From positions 262,599 to 326,598 of the forward strand of contig CAKOUW010000001.1 in the NCBI GenBank assembly GCA_934120715.1: a DNA stretch of 64,000 nucleotides. Reading direction: 5' to 3'. Below the pieces are notes generated by a model that ran no database searches, was not told the DNA's origin, and saw only the letters and a program-made list of their open reading frames with translations. The DNA comes from an uncultured Bacilli bacterium. Lineage in GTDB: Bacteria > Bacillota_I > Bacilli_A > RF39 > UBA660. Numbering within the stretch: the stretch's first letter is position 1; every line of letters starts with the position of its first letter. Positions 1-10,323 of the stretch are shown here, in pieces. The translations under genes were made by a program, and so were the position numbers.

Positions 1-12
1 TATGGCAGTAGT

Positions 13-717
13 ATGCATATTTTAAGTGATGGTGATGATGGCTATAAAATTAAGTGTGGTGGTTATGTCGATTTATTTTCAAGGATTATGAGGAAAATGA
101 ATTTATCTTCAAAGCCTATGATTTTATCAAATATCGAGGGCAATTTTGGTCATGTTGTTAGTTTAGTAGATATTAATGATGAAAAATATGGAATTAATGA
201 TACTTTCGTTTGTGATTTACGCTCTGATTCTGATTCTAGGGCTCATGTAGAAGCAGAGGAAAGAAAAGATATAAGGGATTCTGAAAGTTATTGGGGATTT
301 AATAGTCTGGGCTATTTTTGTATGAATTGTGACGATCTTGTTGCTCTTTTAGGATTAAATAAGTTTAATTCATCAATCATTTATTCATTTGACTTAGTTA
401 ATTCATATAGTGATTGTGAAAATTTTATTTCGAAGGAAAGGATACCTATTGATTCAATAAAAAAGGCTTTAGGTGCAGTTTACAGACATATGTATTCTAT
501 TAATGATAATTTTGATGATTACTTAAATGGGGGAGTGCTTGATAGAATGAAATTAGATGTTAATAGGGAAATAGATTTTGTTAAAAAAATGAGGGAAATA
601 GCTGATAGCAATATGTCTAATAGTAATTTAAGTGAACTAAACGATATGGTTGATAAAAATGCTTCAAATAAAAACATAAACAATGGCAATAATGGAAAAA
701 ACGAACAAAAAAAATAG
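13..717 (+). CDS. hypothetical protein (234 aa); may be N-terminally incomplete at the window edge
   Basis: Long ORF with coding-like codon usage, followed by a hairpin plus T-run terminator at 720-745. No recognisable motif. Confidence 0.4.
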   Translation: MHILSDGDDGYKIKCGGYVDLFSRIMRKMNLSSKPMILSNIEGNFGHVVSLVDINDEKYGINDTFVCDLRSDSDSRAHVEAEERKDIRDSESYWGFNSLGYFCMNCDDLVALLGLNKFNSSIIYSFDLVNSYSDCENFISKERIPIDSIKKALGAVYRHMYSINDNFDDYLNGGVLDRMKLDVNREIDFVKKMREIADSNMSNSNLSELNDMVDKNASNKNINNGNNGKNEQKK

Positions 718-764
718 GGTAGTGATACCCTATTTTTAATGTCTATAAAAAGGGGATTGGTACC

Positions 765-998
765 CTATTTTTCTTCATCTTCTTCATCATCTGAAGTTAC
801 TTCATATTCATTGTCTGTTATTGGACTGCCTGTGTTTTCAAAACTTTGACATACAGTTTCTTCAACACACTCACATTCATCATTATTACATGTACAACCT
901 ATACTTACTGAATCAAGTTCACAACAAGATGTATCTTTATTATTGTGCTTACAACTATCAACGTCACATTTAATACTTTTATTATCTTTCTTAGGCAT
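765..998 (-). CDS. small cysteine-rich acidic protein (77 aa, 14 Cys, D/E-rich C-terminal tail)
   Basis: Strong RBS (GAGGAGGA) 7 nt upstream of ATG. Pattern C-x4-C-x9-CC-x8-C-x-C-x4-C-x-C-x5-C. No ferredoxin CxxCxxCxxxCP signature. Confidence 0.5.
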   Translation of the reverse strand: MPKKDNKSIKCDVDSCKHNNKDTSCCELDSVSIGCTCNNDECECVEETVCQSFENTGSPITDNEYEVTSDDEEDEEK

Positions 999-1398
999 TA
1001 ATATATCCTCCTCTCTAATTAGTAGTTTGCTACAAATTTAGTAAATTATACAGAGTGCTGTAATTTAATTTTAGGTGAATAATTATCCATCTTTTAATAA
1101 TTAAAACGCTCAAAATGCATTCTAAAAATTTAACTAAAATGAATTTAGGGGAGTTTACGTATTTATTTTTATATATAAGTTAAGTGTTAAAACTAATATG
1201 GTAAGTTGTTAAATGAATAACTAGAAAATATTATTTTATTAATATATAATATTATAATATATAAATGATTGTAATATAAATAATTATATATATTGGTATT
1301 AGATAATGTTAAATATAATAATATGATGAATGTAGTAGTATAATATTATTAATATAAATTCAATTTATTTATAATTATATAGTACAAAATTATTAGTA

Positions 1399-1632
1399 TT
1401 ATATATTGTATAATGTAATTATTAAAATAAGTTGTTTTATAGAAGTTAACATAATATCAATTATAGGAAGTGATTGAGCAACCTCAATTGAGCAATCTAC
1501 CTTATCAAATCTGTTATAATATGATAGTTTCTCATCTTTTAGATACTCTTCTAATGTTAATGCTTCCCATAAATAATCGTACTCTATTTTAGGCTTTTCT
1601 AAGTTCCTAGAATACCAATACCTTAGTTGCAT
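1399..1632 (-). CDS. hypothetical small protein (77 aa)
   Basis: ORF only; weak support. Confidence 0.25.
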   Translation of the reverse strand: MQLRYWYSRNLEKPKIEYDYLWEALTLEEYLKDEKLSYYNRFDKVDCSIEVAQSLPIIDIMLTSIKQLILIITLYNI

Positions 1633-1884
1633 ATTTACTTATATAATTAGAAACTTTTTCTTGGTCTTGTATTTCAGAAATTGTCGTAAAACCTAATTTA
1701 TAATTTGTTAAGTTATATATTTGCAAACCATTTTTCTTAATTAAGCATCCACTTAGTGTGTTCTTGCTTTCTCAAACTTTCAATTTAGTTAATAAATCAA
1801 TACCTTTTTCATACGAGTACATCCCCTACTTTTACTTGTCATAAAAATTTGGACAAATAAAAAGAAAAGTATATTGTTAATGTT

Positions 1885-2652
1885 TTATACTTTTCTTGAT
1901 TGTATTTCTGCAATCTTTTCTAGTACTTCTTTGGCATTATCTTCATTTATTTCTGTATATCCTAATTCTCTTAATGCCTGCACTTTTGCGGTATTTAGTT
2001 CTTGCGTTCTAGAAAGCCTTTCCTCATTTTTATGCTCGATGTCTTCTACAAAACGTTTATGTGTTTCATTTAATCTATTTTTTGAAGCACCACCATTGTT
2101 GTATAGTGTCATGGCACTGAACATAATACTTTCAAATATGAATTGTTTTTCCTTATTAAAGGCAAATTCTAGAGGCTCTGTAAATCCCAAAGATTTTGAT
2201 ACATAAGCTAACATATATTTTAATTCATTACTAGTTTCCATGGATTGTAGGAAATGGTGTAGATATAAATAAGTGTTATATGTGTTTTTAGTTTTATCTG
2301 ATGATAATTTCTCCTTTAATAGATTTATAATGTCTGATAATAGTTCTTGCTCTTTTTTATTAAATCCCTTTAGATCAGAAATTAATTCTTTATTACTATT
2401 ATCTTTTACCCCTTCGTTTAATCTTTTTTCGATGCCAATAATATAATCACCAGTTATTTTTAATGATCCAAGTCCTTCTATTGATTCAATGTTTAGCAAG
2501 TTTAATAATTTTGCAGCTTTTTCCTTTGGCCATTTATTTAAGTTATCTAAGGCTAAATAATTATATAGCATTTGTCTTGATACACCCAAATATTTTGCTA
2601 AACGCACTTTACTAATTCCGAGTTCTGTTAAGACATTGTTTAATTCTTTCAT
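1885..2652 (-). CDS. XRE-family helix-turn-helix transcriptional regulator (255 aa)
   Basis: N-terminal HTH segment LAKYLGVSRQMLYNYL, typical of Cro/C1-type DNA-binding domains. Confidence 0.6.
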   Translation of the reverse strand: MKELNNVLTELGISKVRLAKYLGVSRQMLYNYLALDNLNKWPKEKAAKLLNLLNIESIEGLGSLKITGDYIIGIEKRLNEGVKDNSNKELISDLKGFNKKEQELLSDIINLLKEKLSSDKTKNTYNTYLYLHHFLQSMETSNELKYMLAYVSKSLGFTEPLEFAFNKEKQFIFESIMFSAMTLYNNGGASKNRLNETHKRFVEDIEHKNEERLSRTQELNTAKVQALRELGYTEINEDNAKEVLEKIAEIQSRKV

Positions 2653-2732
2653 TTCTCTACCCTCCTAATATAATTATAGACATTTTAGTGTAAATAATCA
2701 AGTGTAAATTTACACTTTGTAGAGAATATGTA

Positions 2733-3332
2733 TTATAAAATTATTTTTAGTATATTTGGTATTAAGTAAGCTTCAATAACTGAAGATATACTGTAGGCAA
2801 TAGTGCAAATAATTAATGTTTTAATATACCTTTTGACTATGATACTTCTACTATATTCTTTTTTTCTAAAATAATAATTAAATATCATTATAGAAAATTT
2901 TATAGCGTAATAAGATAAAACAAATAGTAATAATATATTAATAATATGAGGAATAATATATATAATTCCCCATAATATTCCTTTTAATTTGAAATTATAA
3001 ATGAAACTGACAAGGGTAAAGCCCAATACGAAGCTTTTAATGCCTAAAATTAATATTATAATTGGTATTCCTATTATTGATATTCCTATTATCCATACTA
3101 ATGTATTTATTATTATGTTATTACTAAGACTTCTATATAATGTATTAAGATTATTTTGTTTATTATTTTTAATTGTATCTATAAAGTTATTTAAATTAGT
3201 CAGTATTAATTGCTTATTTTCGTCACTTAAGAAGGCTATAAATAAGCATCCCAATATAAAAGTTATTAATAATATAATTATGAGTATATATAGTGTTTTA
3301 TTGTGTTTAAACTTATTTATTATTTTTTTCAT
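2733..3332 (-). CDS. SpoIIM-like (DUF95) integral membrane protein
   Basis: About 200 aa with five predicted TM segments. Segment IIGIPIIILILGIKSFVLGFTLV resembles the conserved SpoIIM core. Located in a sporulation-rich genome. Confidence 0.5.
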   Translation of the reverse strand: MKKIINKFKHNKTLYILIIILLITFILGCLFIAFLSDENKQLILTNLNNFIDTIKNNKQNNLNTLYRSLSNNIIINTLVWIIGISIIGIPIIILILGIKSFVLGFTLVSFIYNFKLKGILWGIIYIIPHIINILLLFVLSYYAIKFSIMIFNYYFRKKEYSRSIIVKRYIKTLIICTIAYSISSVIEAYLIPNILKIIL

Positions 3333-3442
3333 AATAATTATATCATCTCCAATTAATTATACTTATTAGGGATATTTTTAATGTTAAAAAGCAATTTACT
3401 TTTTTCAACATATATTTTATAATTATTATTAGAGGTGAAATT

Positions 3443-3532
3443 ATGAACAATAAAGTTACAAAGGCTGTATGTATTATTTTAATTTTAGCAATGTTATCAG
3501 GATTTTTAAGTTTGATAATTTCTTTATTTTAA
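3443..3532 (+). CDS. possible 29-aa hydrophobic membrane peptide
   Basis: RBS AGAGGTGA 6 nt before ATG. Single TM-like peptide MNNKVTKAVCIILILAMLSGFLSLIISLF. Not in the ORF track because of its size. Confidence 0.25.
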   Translation: MNNKVTKAVCIILILAMLSGFLSLIISLF

Positions 3533-3556
3533 AAAACAAGCTTACGCCTGTTTATT

Positions 3557-3871
3557 TTAATATCTTTGCATTTTATTTATATAACCTTCTATTTCTGGGG
3601 TTATTTTTTTTACTAAACCATTATTTAAATTATATTTATTAGCAATATCATTTATACGGTCAATGTCATTGGCTAGATAAAGCATTAGTATTCCACATAT
3701 TCTATTTGCAGTATATTGACTCAATTCTATATATTCATCTTTTGTAATATTATATTTACTTATTATGGTATTAATAGGTCCGTATGTGTATATATAGTTA
3801 GTTAAAGACTTGCTTATTAAATCAATTTGAGGGTCTCTATCTTTTATTTGAACTTTTGTCCATACTTTCAT
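3557..3871 (-). CDS. hypothetical protein (104 aa)
   Basis: ORF only. Confidence 0.35.
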   Translation of the reverse strand: MKVWTKVQIKDRDPQIDLISKSLTNYIYTYGPINTIISKYNITKDEYIELSQYTANRICGILMLYLANDIDRINDIANKYNLNNGLVKKITPEIEGYINKMQRY

Positions 3872-3933
3872 ACTAATTCCTTCTTTCTTTGATTACTTAT
3901 AATATCACATATTAGAGCAAAAAAAAAGAAAAA

Positions 3934-4458
3934 TTATTTTAAAAATTTATTATTTTCTTTTTCGTATTTTAATGTTGTTTTCTCACCGTGGCCTGGGTAC
4001 AAGATTGTATCATCTTCATAGTTTTTAAGTTTTTCGATACTTTTCTTTAGGTCATTTAGGTCACCACCTGGTAGGTCATATCTACCAACTGATTCTTTAA
4101 AAATAAAGTCGCCTACAAACATTACTTTTTCTTCTCTAAAATAAAATGATACTGAGTCTTTTGAATGACCTGGAGTATATAAACATTCAAAGTTGAATTT
4201 ACCTATTGTATATTTATTTTCCATTAGATTACTTTTTTTAAATATTTTTATACTTCTTTTGGTTAAAAAGTTTCTAAGAGCTCCAATGTGGTCAAAGTGT
4301 GAGTGAGTTATTAATACGCCTAACACTTTATTGTCTCCTACTGCTTCTTTTATTTTTAAATAATCGTCCCCAGGATCTACTACTAAGCATTCTTTATTAT
4401 TTATTAAAACGTAACAATTTTCATCTAAAACACCTGTTATAATTGTCTTTATTTCCAT
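3934..4458 (-). CDS. MBL-fold metallo-hydrolase (174 aa)
   Basis: HxHxDH zinc-binding motif (THSHFDHIG), plus downstream His/Asp ligand pattern of the metallo-beta-lactamase fold. Confidence 0.7.
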   Translation of the reverse strand: MEIKTIITGVLDENCYVLINNKECLVVDPGDDYLKIKEAVGDNKVLGVLITHSHFDHIGALRNFLTKRSIKIFKKSNLMENKYTIGKFNFECLYTPGHSKDSVSFYFREEKVMFVGDFIFKESVGRYDLPGGDLNDLKKSIEKLKNYEDDTILYPGHGEKTTLKYEKENNKFLK

Positions 4459-4468
4459 AAGTTCTCCT

Positions 4469-5248
4469 TTATTGTTCTATATATTTATTTTCAAGTATAT
4501 AGTTATAATTCATGTCTAATTTAAATACGTAGATATATTTACCGCTTTTTAAATTGTTTGGTAGTTCTATGCCTTCATTACCATAATATTTTACATCTTC
4601 TGTTAAGTATATTCTGCCATCTTTAGTATATGCTTTTGTTAACTTTTTATCTACTCGGAAGGTTGTGGTATAAGCACTGGTACATTGACCTTCTACATAC
4701 TCTCCTCTTTTCTCAATGTATTGATAACCACCGATACAATTATTTCCTAATTGAATATTTCTATCTATTAAATTATTGTCGCTTCCAAACAGCTCACTAT
4801 ATGCTAAATGAAGAGATTCAACTTTAAAGGCTTGAGGATGAGTTTCTTCAGTTTCTATACATGTATATGAAACCATACTTGTGTCACTGAAAAGATTACA
4901 ATTTGAATCATAAAACTTACTATTTGGAATTTGTCTAAAGGCAAGATATAATTTATAATTGTCGTCCATGGTACTAGATAAAGCAAGGTCCTCCCTTATA
5001 TTGGTTGAAACTTTATTGTATAAGGATTTAACTATGGAAGAATCTATTTCTAATTTTTTTTCTCCTTTATCACTAATGGGAGTACAATTGTATTTTAACT
5101 GAGCTATTTCCTGTTGGTGCTTAATGTATATATAGCAGGTAAAAAAACAAAACATAGATATTAGTAATAGTATAAAAATAGTTTGTGAGGCACTTTTTTT
5201 ATAAATGATTTTTGTGTCATTGTTCATCTTTATCACCCTTTTATTCAT
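4469..5248 (-). CDS. membrane-anchored or secreted hypothetical protein (259 aa)
   Basis: N-terminal TM/signal anchor followed by a hydrophilic, Tyr-rich extracytoplasmic region. Confidence 0.45.
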   Translation of the reverse strand: MNKRVIKMNNDTKIIYKKSASQTIFILLLISMFCFFTCYIYIKHQQEIAQLKYNCTPISDKGEKKLEIDSSIVKSLYNKVSTNIREDLALSSTMDDNYKLYLAFRQIPNSKFYDSNCNLFSDTSMVSYTCIETEETHPQAFKVESLHLAYSELFGSDNNLIDRNIQLGNNCIGGYQYIEKRGEYVEGQCTSAYTTTFRVDKKLTKAYTKDGRIYLTEDVKYYGNEGIELPNNLKSGKYIYVFKLDMNYNYILENKYIEQ

Positions 5249-5291
5249 TAAGTAAATTTTAATATATTTTTATGTTATTTACAAGTAGAAA

Positions 5292-5632
5292 GTAGAACAA
5301 AAGAATAAAAATTAAAATAATTTTAAATTTTTATTCGCATTGGTCGTCACCGATCAACATTCCTACTTCATAGATAGAGTATTCTCTATTCTCCATAGGC
5401 TTAAATTCCGATAGTCGCTACCGTACTTTTTTATTTTACTTTTCTTCTTCTTAATTATTTTAACAATATATTTTTAATCCTTTAAACATAATATTTACAC
5501 TCATATTTATATCTCTATCATTTTCATAACCACAATTTATATATGTAATGCACCTCCATAATCTTGTCTTACTATAATAATGCACAAACATTTGTTTGCC
5601 AATACATTTCTTTAAATATATACCATTAGTTA
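5292..5632. repeat. copy 1 of a ~330-bp repeat; inverted with respect to copy 2 at 27386-27715
   Basis: The reverse complement of 5292-5632 aligns to 27386-27715 at roughly 95% identity (few substitutions, one ~12-nt indel). Contains an imperfect 16-bp palindrome GCAAACAAATGTTTG(T/C)GC and a terminal AT-only palindrome. Confidence 0.75.
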
Positions 5633-5680
5633 ACACTGTTCTTTATAAAAAAAATCCTTATAAATAAAAAAGGAAGAATT

Positions 5681-7498
5681 TTACTCTTCCTTTTCAAACT
5701 GAGAATTATATAAATTAGCATAAAAACCACCTTTTTTTAGAAGTTCTTCATGATTTCCTTGTTCAACAATATCTCCTTCATTCATGACTAAGATTAAGTC
5801 AGCATTTTTAATAGTTGATAATCTGTGAGCAATTATGAAACTGGTTCTTCCTTCCATTAATTTATCCATGGCGTTTTGAATTAGAATCTCAGTTCTGGTA
5901 TCTACACTACTAGTTGCTTCATCTAAAATTAGTATCTTAGGGTTAGCAAGTATAACTCTAGCTATTGTTAATAATTGTTTTTGACCACCGGAAATATTAT
6001 CAGCTTCTTCATTTAAAACCATATCATAACCGTCAGGAAGCGTTTTGATAAAATGATCGACGCTGGCTGTTTTGCAGGCTTCAATTATTTCGTGATCATC
6101 GGCATCTAATTTTCCATATTTTATATTTTCTTTTATTGTGCCATTAAATAACCATGTATCCTGTAGAACCATTCCAAATAATTTTCTTATTTCATGTCTA
6201 TCGAATTTTGTTATATCTTTACCATCTATTAAAATTTTTCCATCATTTAATTCATAAAAACGCATTAGTAATTTTACGATTGTAGTCTTTCCTGCTCCAG
6301 TTGGACCTACGATGGCAATTTTTTGACCACTTTTAACCTTGGCTGAAAAGTCTTTGATAATTATTTTATTTTCATTATAACCAAATTTTACATGATCAAA
6401 TTCAATATTACCTTCAATGTTATTTATTTTTAATGGATTAGTTGGAGCGGCCTTTTCTTCTTCAGTTTTTAAGAAGTCAAAAACTCTCTCACTTGCGGCT
6501 ACTGCAGATTGAATATTACTCATTACTTGAGATAATTGATTTATTTGTTGGGTGAAATTTCTAACGTATTGGGTAAATGATTGAATTTCTCCAACTTCTA
6601 TCTTATCAATAATAACCATGTATCCACCTAAAATAGATACTACTACATAACCTAAGTTTCCAATAAATTGCATTATTGGATGCATAGCTGTTGATAGGAA
6701 TTGGCTTTTCCAAGCACTATTATATAAAGTTTGGTTTAATTCTTTAAACTCGTCTATAGCTTGATTTTCAGCATTAAATGCTTTTACTATATCATGACCA
6801 CCATATATTTCTTCTATGTGTCCATTTAAATGTCCTAAATAGTCTTGTTGCATGGCAAAGTATTTTTGACTCTTTTTAACGATTTTACCTAGTACTAGGG
6901 AACAAAGTGGTATTATTAGAAGACAAGTAATTGTCATTGTCACATTTATTGATATCATCATAATTGTTATACCAATTATTGTTGCTATACCGGTTATTAT
7001 AGTTGTGATTGATTGATTTAGACATTGTGTTAGCGTATCAATATCATTAGTTATAATTGATAAAACTTCACCATGAGTTTTATTATCAAAAAAGCTCATT
7101 GGCAGGCGGTTAATTTTCTCACTTAGTTGATTTCTTAATTTATATGATAAGTCATTTGATACATCACTCATAATTATTCCTTGTATTCCTGAACATAAGG
7201 CGCTAATTATGTATAGTATTACTAGTAATAGTGATGTTTTTCCTATGTAGTTAAAGTCTATTCCTCCGGTATTGGATATTTTCTTAATTAGACCATTAAA
7301 TATTTCTGTTGTTATATTTCCTAATATTTTAGGACCTATTATAACAAATACTGTTGATAATATAGCAAAAAAGATAACGATTGCTATTTTTAACTTGTAC
7401 TTTTTTAAATAAGAAAGAAGTTCTAAGAGAGTGCTTTTAAAATCTTTAGCTTTTTCTGAGGTATGATTTTGACCTGGTCCATGTCCAACTTTAGGCAT
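5681..7498 (-). CDS. ABC transporter, fused permease/ATP-binding subunit (type I exporter, 605 aa)
   Basis: Six-TM N-terminal domain, Walker A GPTGAGKTT, ABC signature LSGGQKQ, Walker B ILILDEATS. Confidence 0.85.
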   Translation of the reverse strand: MPKVGHGPGQNHTSEKAKDFKSTLLELLSYLKKYKLKIAIVIFFAILSTVFVIIGPKILGNITTEIFNGLIKKISNTGGIDFNYIGKTSLLLVILYIISALCSGIQGIIMSDVSNDLSYKLRNQLSEKINRLPMSFFDNKTHGEVLSIITNDIDTLTQCLNQSITTIITGIATIIGITIMMISINVTMTITCLLIIPLCSLVLGKIVKKSQKYFAMQQDYLGHLNGHIEEIYGGHDIVKAFNAENQAIDEFKELNQTLYNSAWKSQFLSTAMHPIMQFIGNLGYVVVSILGGYMVIIDKIEVGEIQSFTQYVRNFTQQINQLSQVMSNIQSAVAASERVFDFLKTEEEKAAPTNPLKINNIEGNIEFDHVKFGYNENKIIIKDFSAKVKSGQKIAIVGPTGAGKTTIVKLLMRFYELNDGKILIDGKDITKFDRHEIRKLFGMVLQDTWLFNGTIKENIKYGKLDADDHEIIEACKTASVDHFIKTLPDGYDMVLNEEADNISGGQKQLLTIARVILANPKILILDEATSSVDTRTEILIQNAMDKLMEGRTSFIIAHRLSTIKNADLILVMNEGDIVEQGNHEELLKKGGFYANLYNSQFEKEE

Positions 7499-9665
7499 TT
7501 TCTAATTCCTCCTTACTTAATTGTGATTGAGCTATTTCCTTATATATTTTACATTTTTCTAATAGTTCTTTATGTGTTCCTATACCAACTATATTGCCTT
7601 CATTTAAGACGACTATTTTATCTGCATTCATAATGGTTGATATTCTTTGAGCAACTATTAGTACTGTTTTATTTTTAGTTATTTTAGCTAGCTCTTTACG
7701 TAATTTTGCATCTGTTTTAAAGTCTAGGGCTGAGAATGAGTCATCAAAGATGTAAATATCTGGATTTTTAGCGATGGCACGAGCTATAGATAACCTTTGT
7801 TTTTGACCACCAGAGACGTTAGTTCCACCTTGAGCTATTTGATAGTTTTCTTTTCCTTTTAGCTTTGAAACAAATTCAGTGGATTGAGATATATCTAGTG
7901 CTTTTTTTACCATTTCATCTGTTATATTATTGTTTCCATATTTTATATTTTCTTTAATTGTTCCAGTGAATAGAACACCCTTTTGAGGAACAAATCCTAT
8001 TTTATCACGTAAGCTTTTAAGACTTACTTCTTGAATGTTTGTATCATCTATTAAAATTTCACCACTAGTTATATCATAGAATCTTGGAATTAAATTTATT
8101 AGAGTAGATTTCCCAGAACCGGTTGAACCTATAAAAGCGGTTGTTTCACCACTTTCAGCAGTGAAGTTGATGTCTGTCATTACATCATAATCAGCATCTG
8201 GATATCTAAAAGAAACATTTTTAAATTCTATTTTATTAGTGCCATTTTTCTTAAATTCTATCGAGTTTTCTGGATCGGTAACAGTATTTTTAGTTTCTAA
8301 TACTTCCATTACTCTTTTAGCTGATACGTTGGCTCTTGGTAACATGATTGACATCATAGAAATCATTAAGAAAGCCATGATTATTTGCATTGTATATTGG
8401 ATGTAGGCCATAATATCTCCTACTTGCATGCTTCCATTGTCAACACCTATTGCTCCTTTATAAATTAGGGCAATACTTACAAAATTCATTATTAGCATCA
8501 TAAGAGGCATCATAAAACTCATTACCCTATTTACGAATAAGTTTACTTTAGTTAATCTTAAATTAGCATCATCAAATCTTTTTTCTTCGTGTTTTTCATT
8601 TGAAAAAGCTCTAATAACTGGTAGACCTGATAGTATTTCTCTAGTTACTAAGTTAAGCTTATCTATTAGCTTTTGAATCTTTGTAAACTTTGGCATTGCT
8701 ACTATGAATAAAGTAATGATTACCACTAGGATTGATAAGATGGCAAGCCCTATAATATAGGTCATAGAGGCATTAGTTCTAAGCGCTTTTATTACACCAC
8801 CTATACCAATTATTGGAGCGTAAAATACTACTCTAAATAGAAATACTATTACCATTTGAACTTGTTGAATATCATTAGTTGTTCTGGTTATTAATGATGC
8901 CTGCCCTAAGTTCTTCATTTCACTTTTTGAAAAACCAACCACTTTTTTGAAAACTTTATCACGCAATGTTTTAGATAGTTTAGCTGCCATTTTTGAACCA
9001 ATATAGACTGTTAGTATACCATCTATCATTATAAGCATTGCTATCAAGATCATTATGGCTCCAGCTTTTATAATGTATAAAGTTTGGATCTTATTAACAT
9101 CAATATTAATTCTTTTATATTCTGTTTTAACATAATTTACAGCTGCTTGATCAATAATTGTCGTTGGATAATCTGCCATTTTTTCATCAAATGTTTTTAA
9201 CATTTTATTTTTTTCTTCTTCTGGCATTACTTTTAATAATCGATATATATCAGTACCCTTTGGAATATTAAAATTTTCTGTTGACTTATCACTTTCCTTA
9301 GCTTGATCAATGAAACTGATTATAGTCATTGGTTTTCTTAATATATTATTAATTTTTGTAGTATCTTTTTCATCTTTTAACTTATAAATGACTTCGCCGT
9401 TTGCTTTTTTATTTGATTTGTAGTAGCTATCATTTATATATTTTTGGTCACTTTCGGGCATAAATAATAGTATTTTGTCATAGCTTGTCTGCCCTATTTC
9501 TGTGATAGCAGCATTTTCTATTCCAGACTGTTGTATTCCAATGTTTACAATTTTTGATGTATAGTCTGGTAAAGTTAAATCAAGCCCAGCTTGAACAACA
9601 AGTAAAAATATGATGGCGAGACAAGATACAACTGAACTTTTCAAATATTTAAATACTTTAATCAT
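7491..9665 (-). CDS. ABC transporter, fused permease/ATP-binding subunit with large extracytoplasmic loop (724 aa); heterodimer partner of 5681-7498
   Basis: Walker A GSTGSGKST, signature VSGGQKQR, Walker B IYIFDDSFSALD. About 140-aa hydrophilic insert after TM1. 8-nt overlap with the downstream gene. Confidence 0.85.
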   Translation of the reverse strand: MIKVFKYLKSSVVSCLAIIFLLVVQAGLDLTLPDYTSKIVNIGIQQSGIENAAITEIGQTSYDKILLFMPESDQKYINDSYYKSNKKANGEVIYKLKDEKDTTKINNILRKPMTIISFIDQAKESDKSTENFNIPKGTDIYRLLKVMPEEEKNKMLKTFDEKMADYPTTIIDQAAVNYVKTEYKRINIDVNKIQTLYIIKAGAIMILIAMLIMIDGILTVYIGSKMAAKLSKTLRDKVFKKVVGFSKSEMKNLGQASLITRTTNDIQQVQMVIVFLFRVVFYAPIIGIGGVIKALRTNASMTYIIGLAILSILVVIITLFIVAMPKFTKIQKLIDKLNLVTREILSGLPVIRAFSNEKHEEKRFDDANLRLTKVNLFVNRVMSFMMPLMMLIMNFVSIALIYKGAIGVDNGSMQVGDIMAYIQYTMQIIMAFLMISMMSIMLPRANVSAKRVMEVLETKNTVTDPENSIEFKKNGTNKIEFKNVSFRYPDADYDVMTDINFTAESGETTAFIGSTGSGKSTLINLIPRFYDITSGEILIDDTNIQEVSLKSLRDKIGFVPQKGVLFTGTIKENIKYGNNNITDEMVKKALDISQSTEFVSKLKGKENYQIAQGGTNVSGGQKQRLSIARAIAKNPDIYIFDDSFSALDFKTDAKLRKELAKITKNKTVLIVAQRISTIMNADKIVVLNEGNIVGIGTHKELLEKCKIYKEIAQSQLSKEELENA

Positions 9666-10253
9666 TTAATCCTCCTTATATATTCCATAACATATTATGT
9701 CTAGCTTTTTTAGATATTGAACTTTTATTTCTTCATTTAACTCATTTTTAAAACATTCTGTTATTGATAAAAATAAATTATGTATAAACATACTAAATAT
9801 AAATTCTAAATCACAACTTTTTATCTTGCTGCTATCAATATCTTTTTCTATGTATAAAAATAGTAGATGCCCCAAATTTTTTCTTAAATTACTATGAATA
9901 TTGTAGAAAATAGAGATATTTTTTAAAACCCCTTGATAACTATTATCAAAAATTAAAGTTACTGCTTTATCATATAATTTTATAAATGTATTTCTTAGTT
10001 CACCTTTATTTTCTATTAACATTTCTTTTACTATGTCATTTAATTTTTTGTTGTATTCGTCTATTATATATAAAAATAAATCATCTTTATCTTTAAAGTA
10101 CATATAAAAGCTACCCCTTGGAATACTTGCCTTAGAAATGATTTTATTTATAGACACATCATAGTAATTATTATTAGAAAATTCTGTAATAGCGGCTTTT
10201 ATTAATTTTTGCTGCTTTTTAATATCTAAATTTAGAAATGTTTTTGTGGGCAT
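9666..10253 (-). CDS. TetR/AcrR-family transcriptional repressor (195 aa)
   Basis: N-terminal TetR HTH (AAITEFSNNNYYDVSINKIISKASIPRGSFYMYF). Immediately precedes, and is translationally adjacent to, the ABC pair. Confidence 0.75.
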   Translation of the reverse strand: MPTKTFLNLDIKKQQKLIKAAITEFSNNNYYDVSINKIISKASIPRGSFYMYFKDKDDLFLYIIDEYNKKLNDIVKEMLIENKGELRNTFIKLYDKAVTLIFDNSYQGVLKNISIFYNIHSNLRKNLGHLLFLYIEKDIDSSKIKSCDLEFIFSMFIHNLFLSITECFKNELNEEIKVQYLKKLDIICYGIYKED

Positions 10254-10308
10254 AATTATTTTCCTTTCTAGCTATAACATAAATATATATTATGCTATAT
10301 AATTATAT

Positions 10309-10323
10309 TATGACAAGTTGTCA
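10309..10323. promoter_or_regulatory. perfect 7-1-7 palindrome ATGACAAGTTGTCAT between -35-like TTGACG and the -10 region upstream of the TetR gene; candidate TetR operator
   Basis: Seen directly in sequence. Position is typical for autoregulated TetR operons. Confidence 0.4.

Noticed and set aside
1000-1440. Replication-origin reading of the AT tract.
   Set aside because: No DnaA-box (TTATCCACA) clusters found by eye, only one 7/9 match near 1083. The flanking genes are not dnaA or dnaN.
3001-3369. 122-aa plus-strand ORF.
   Set aside because: Lies antisense within the SpoIIM-like gene. Low-complexity Ile/Leu-rich translation typical of AT-rich antisense frames.
5292-5632. The 330-bp repeat as an IS element or MITE, or as a known riboswitch.
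   Set aside because: No transposase ORF and no terminal inverted repeats between its own two ends. No match by eye to SAM, TPP, FMN, glycine, purine, lysine or c-di-GMP consensus cores. Still unexplained.
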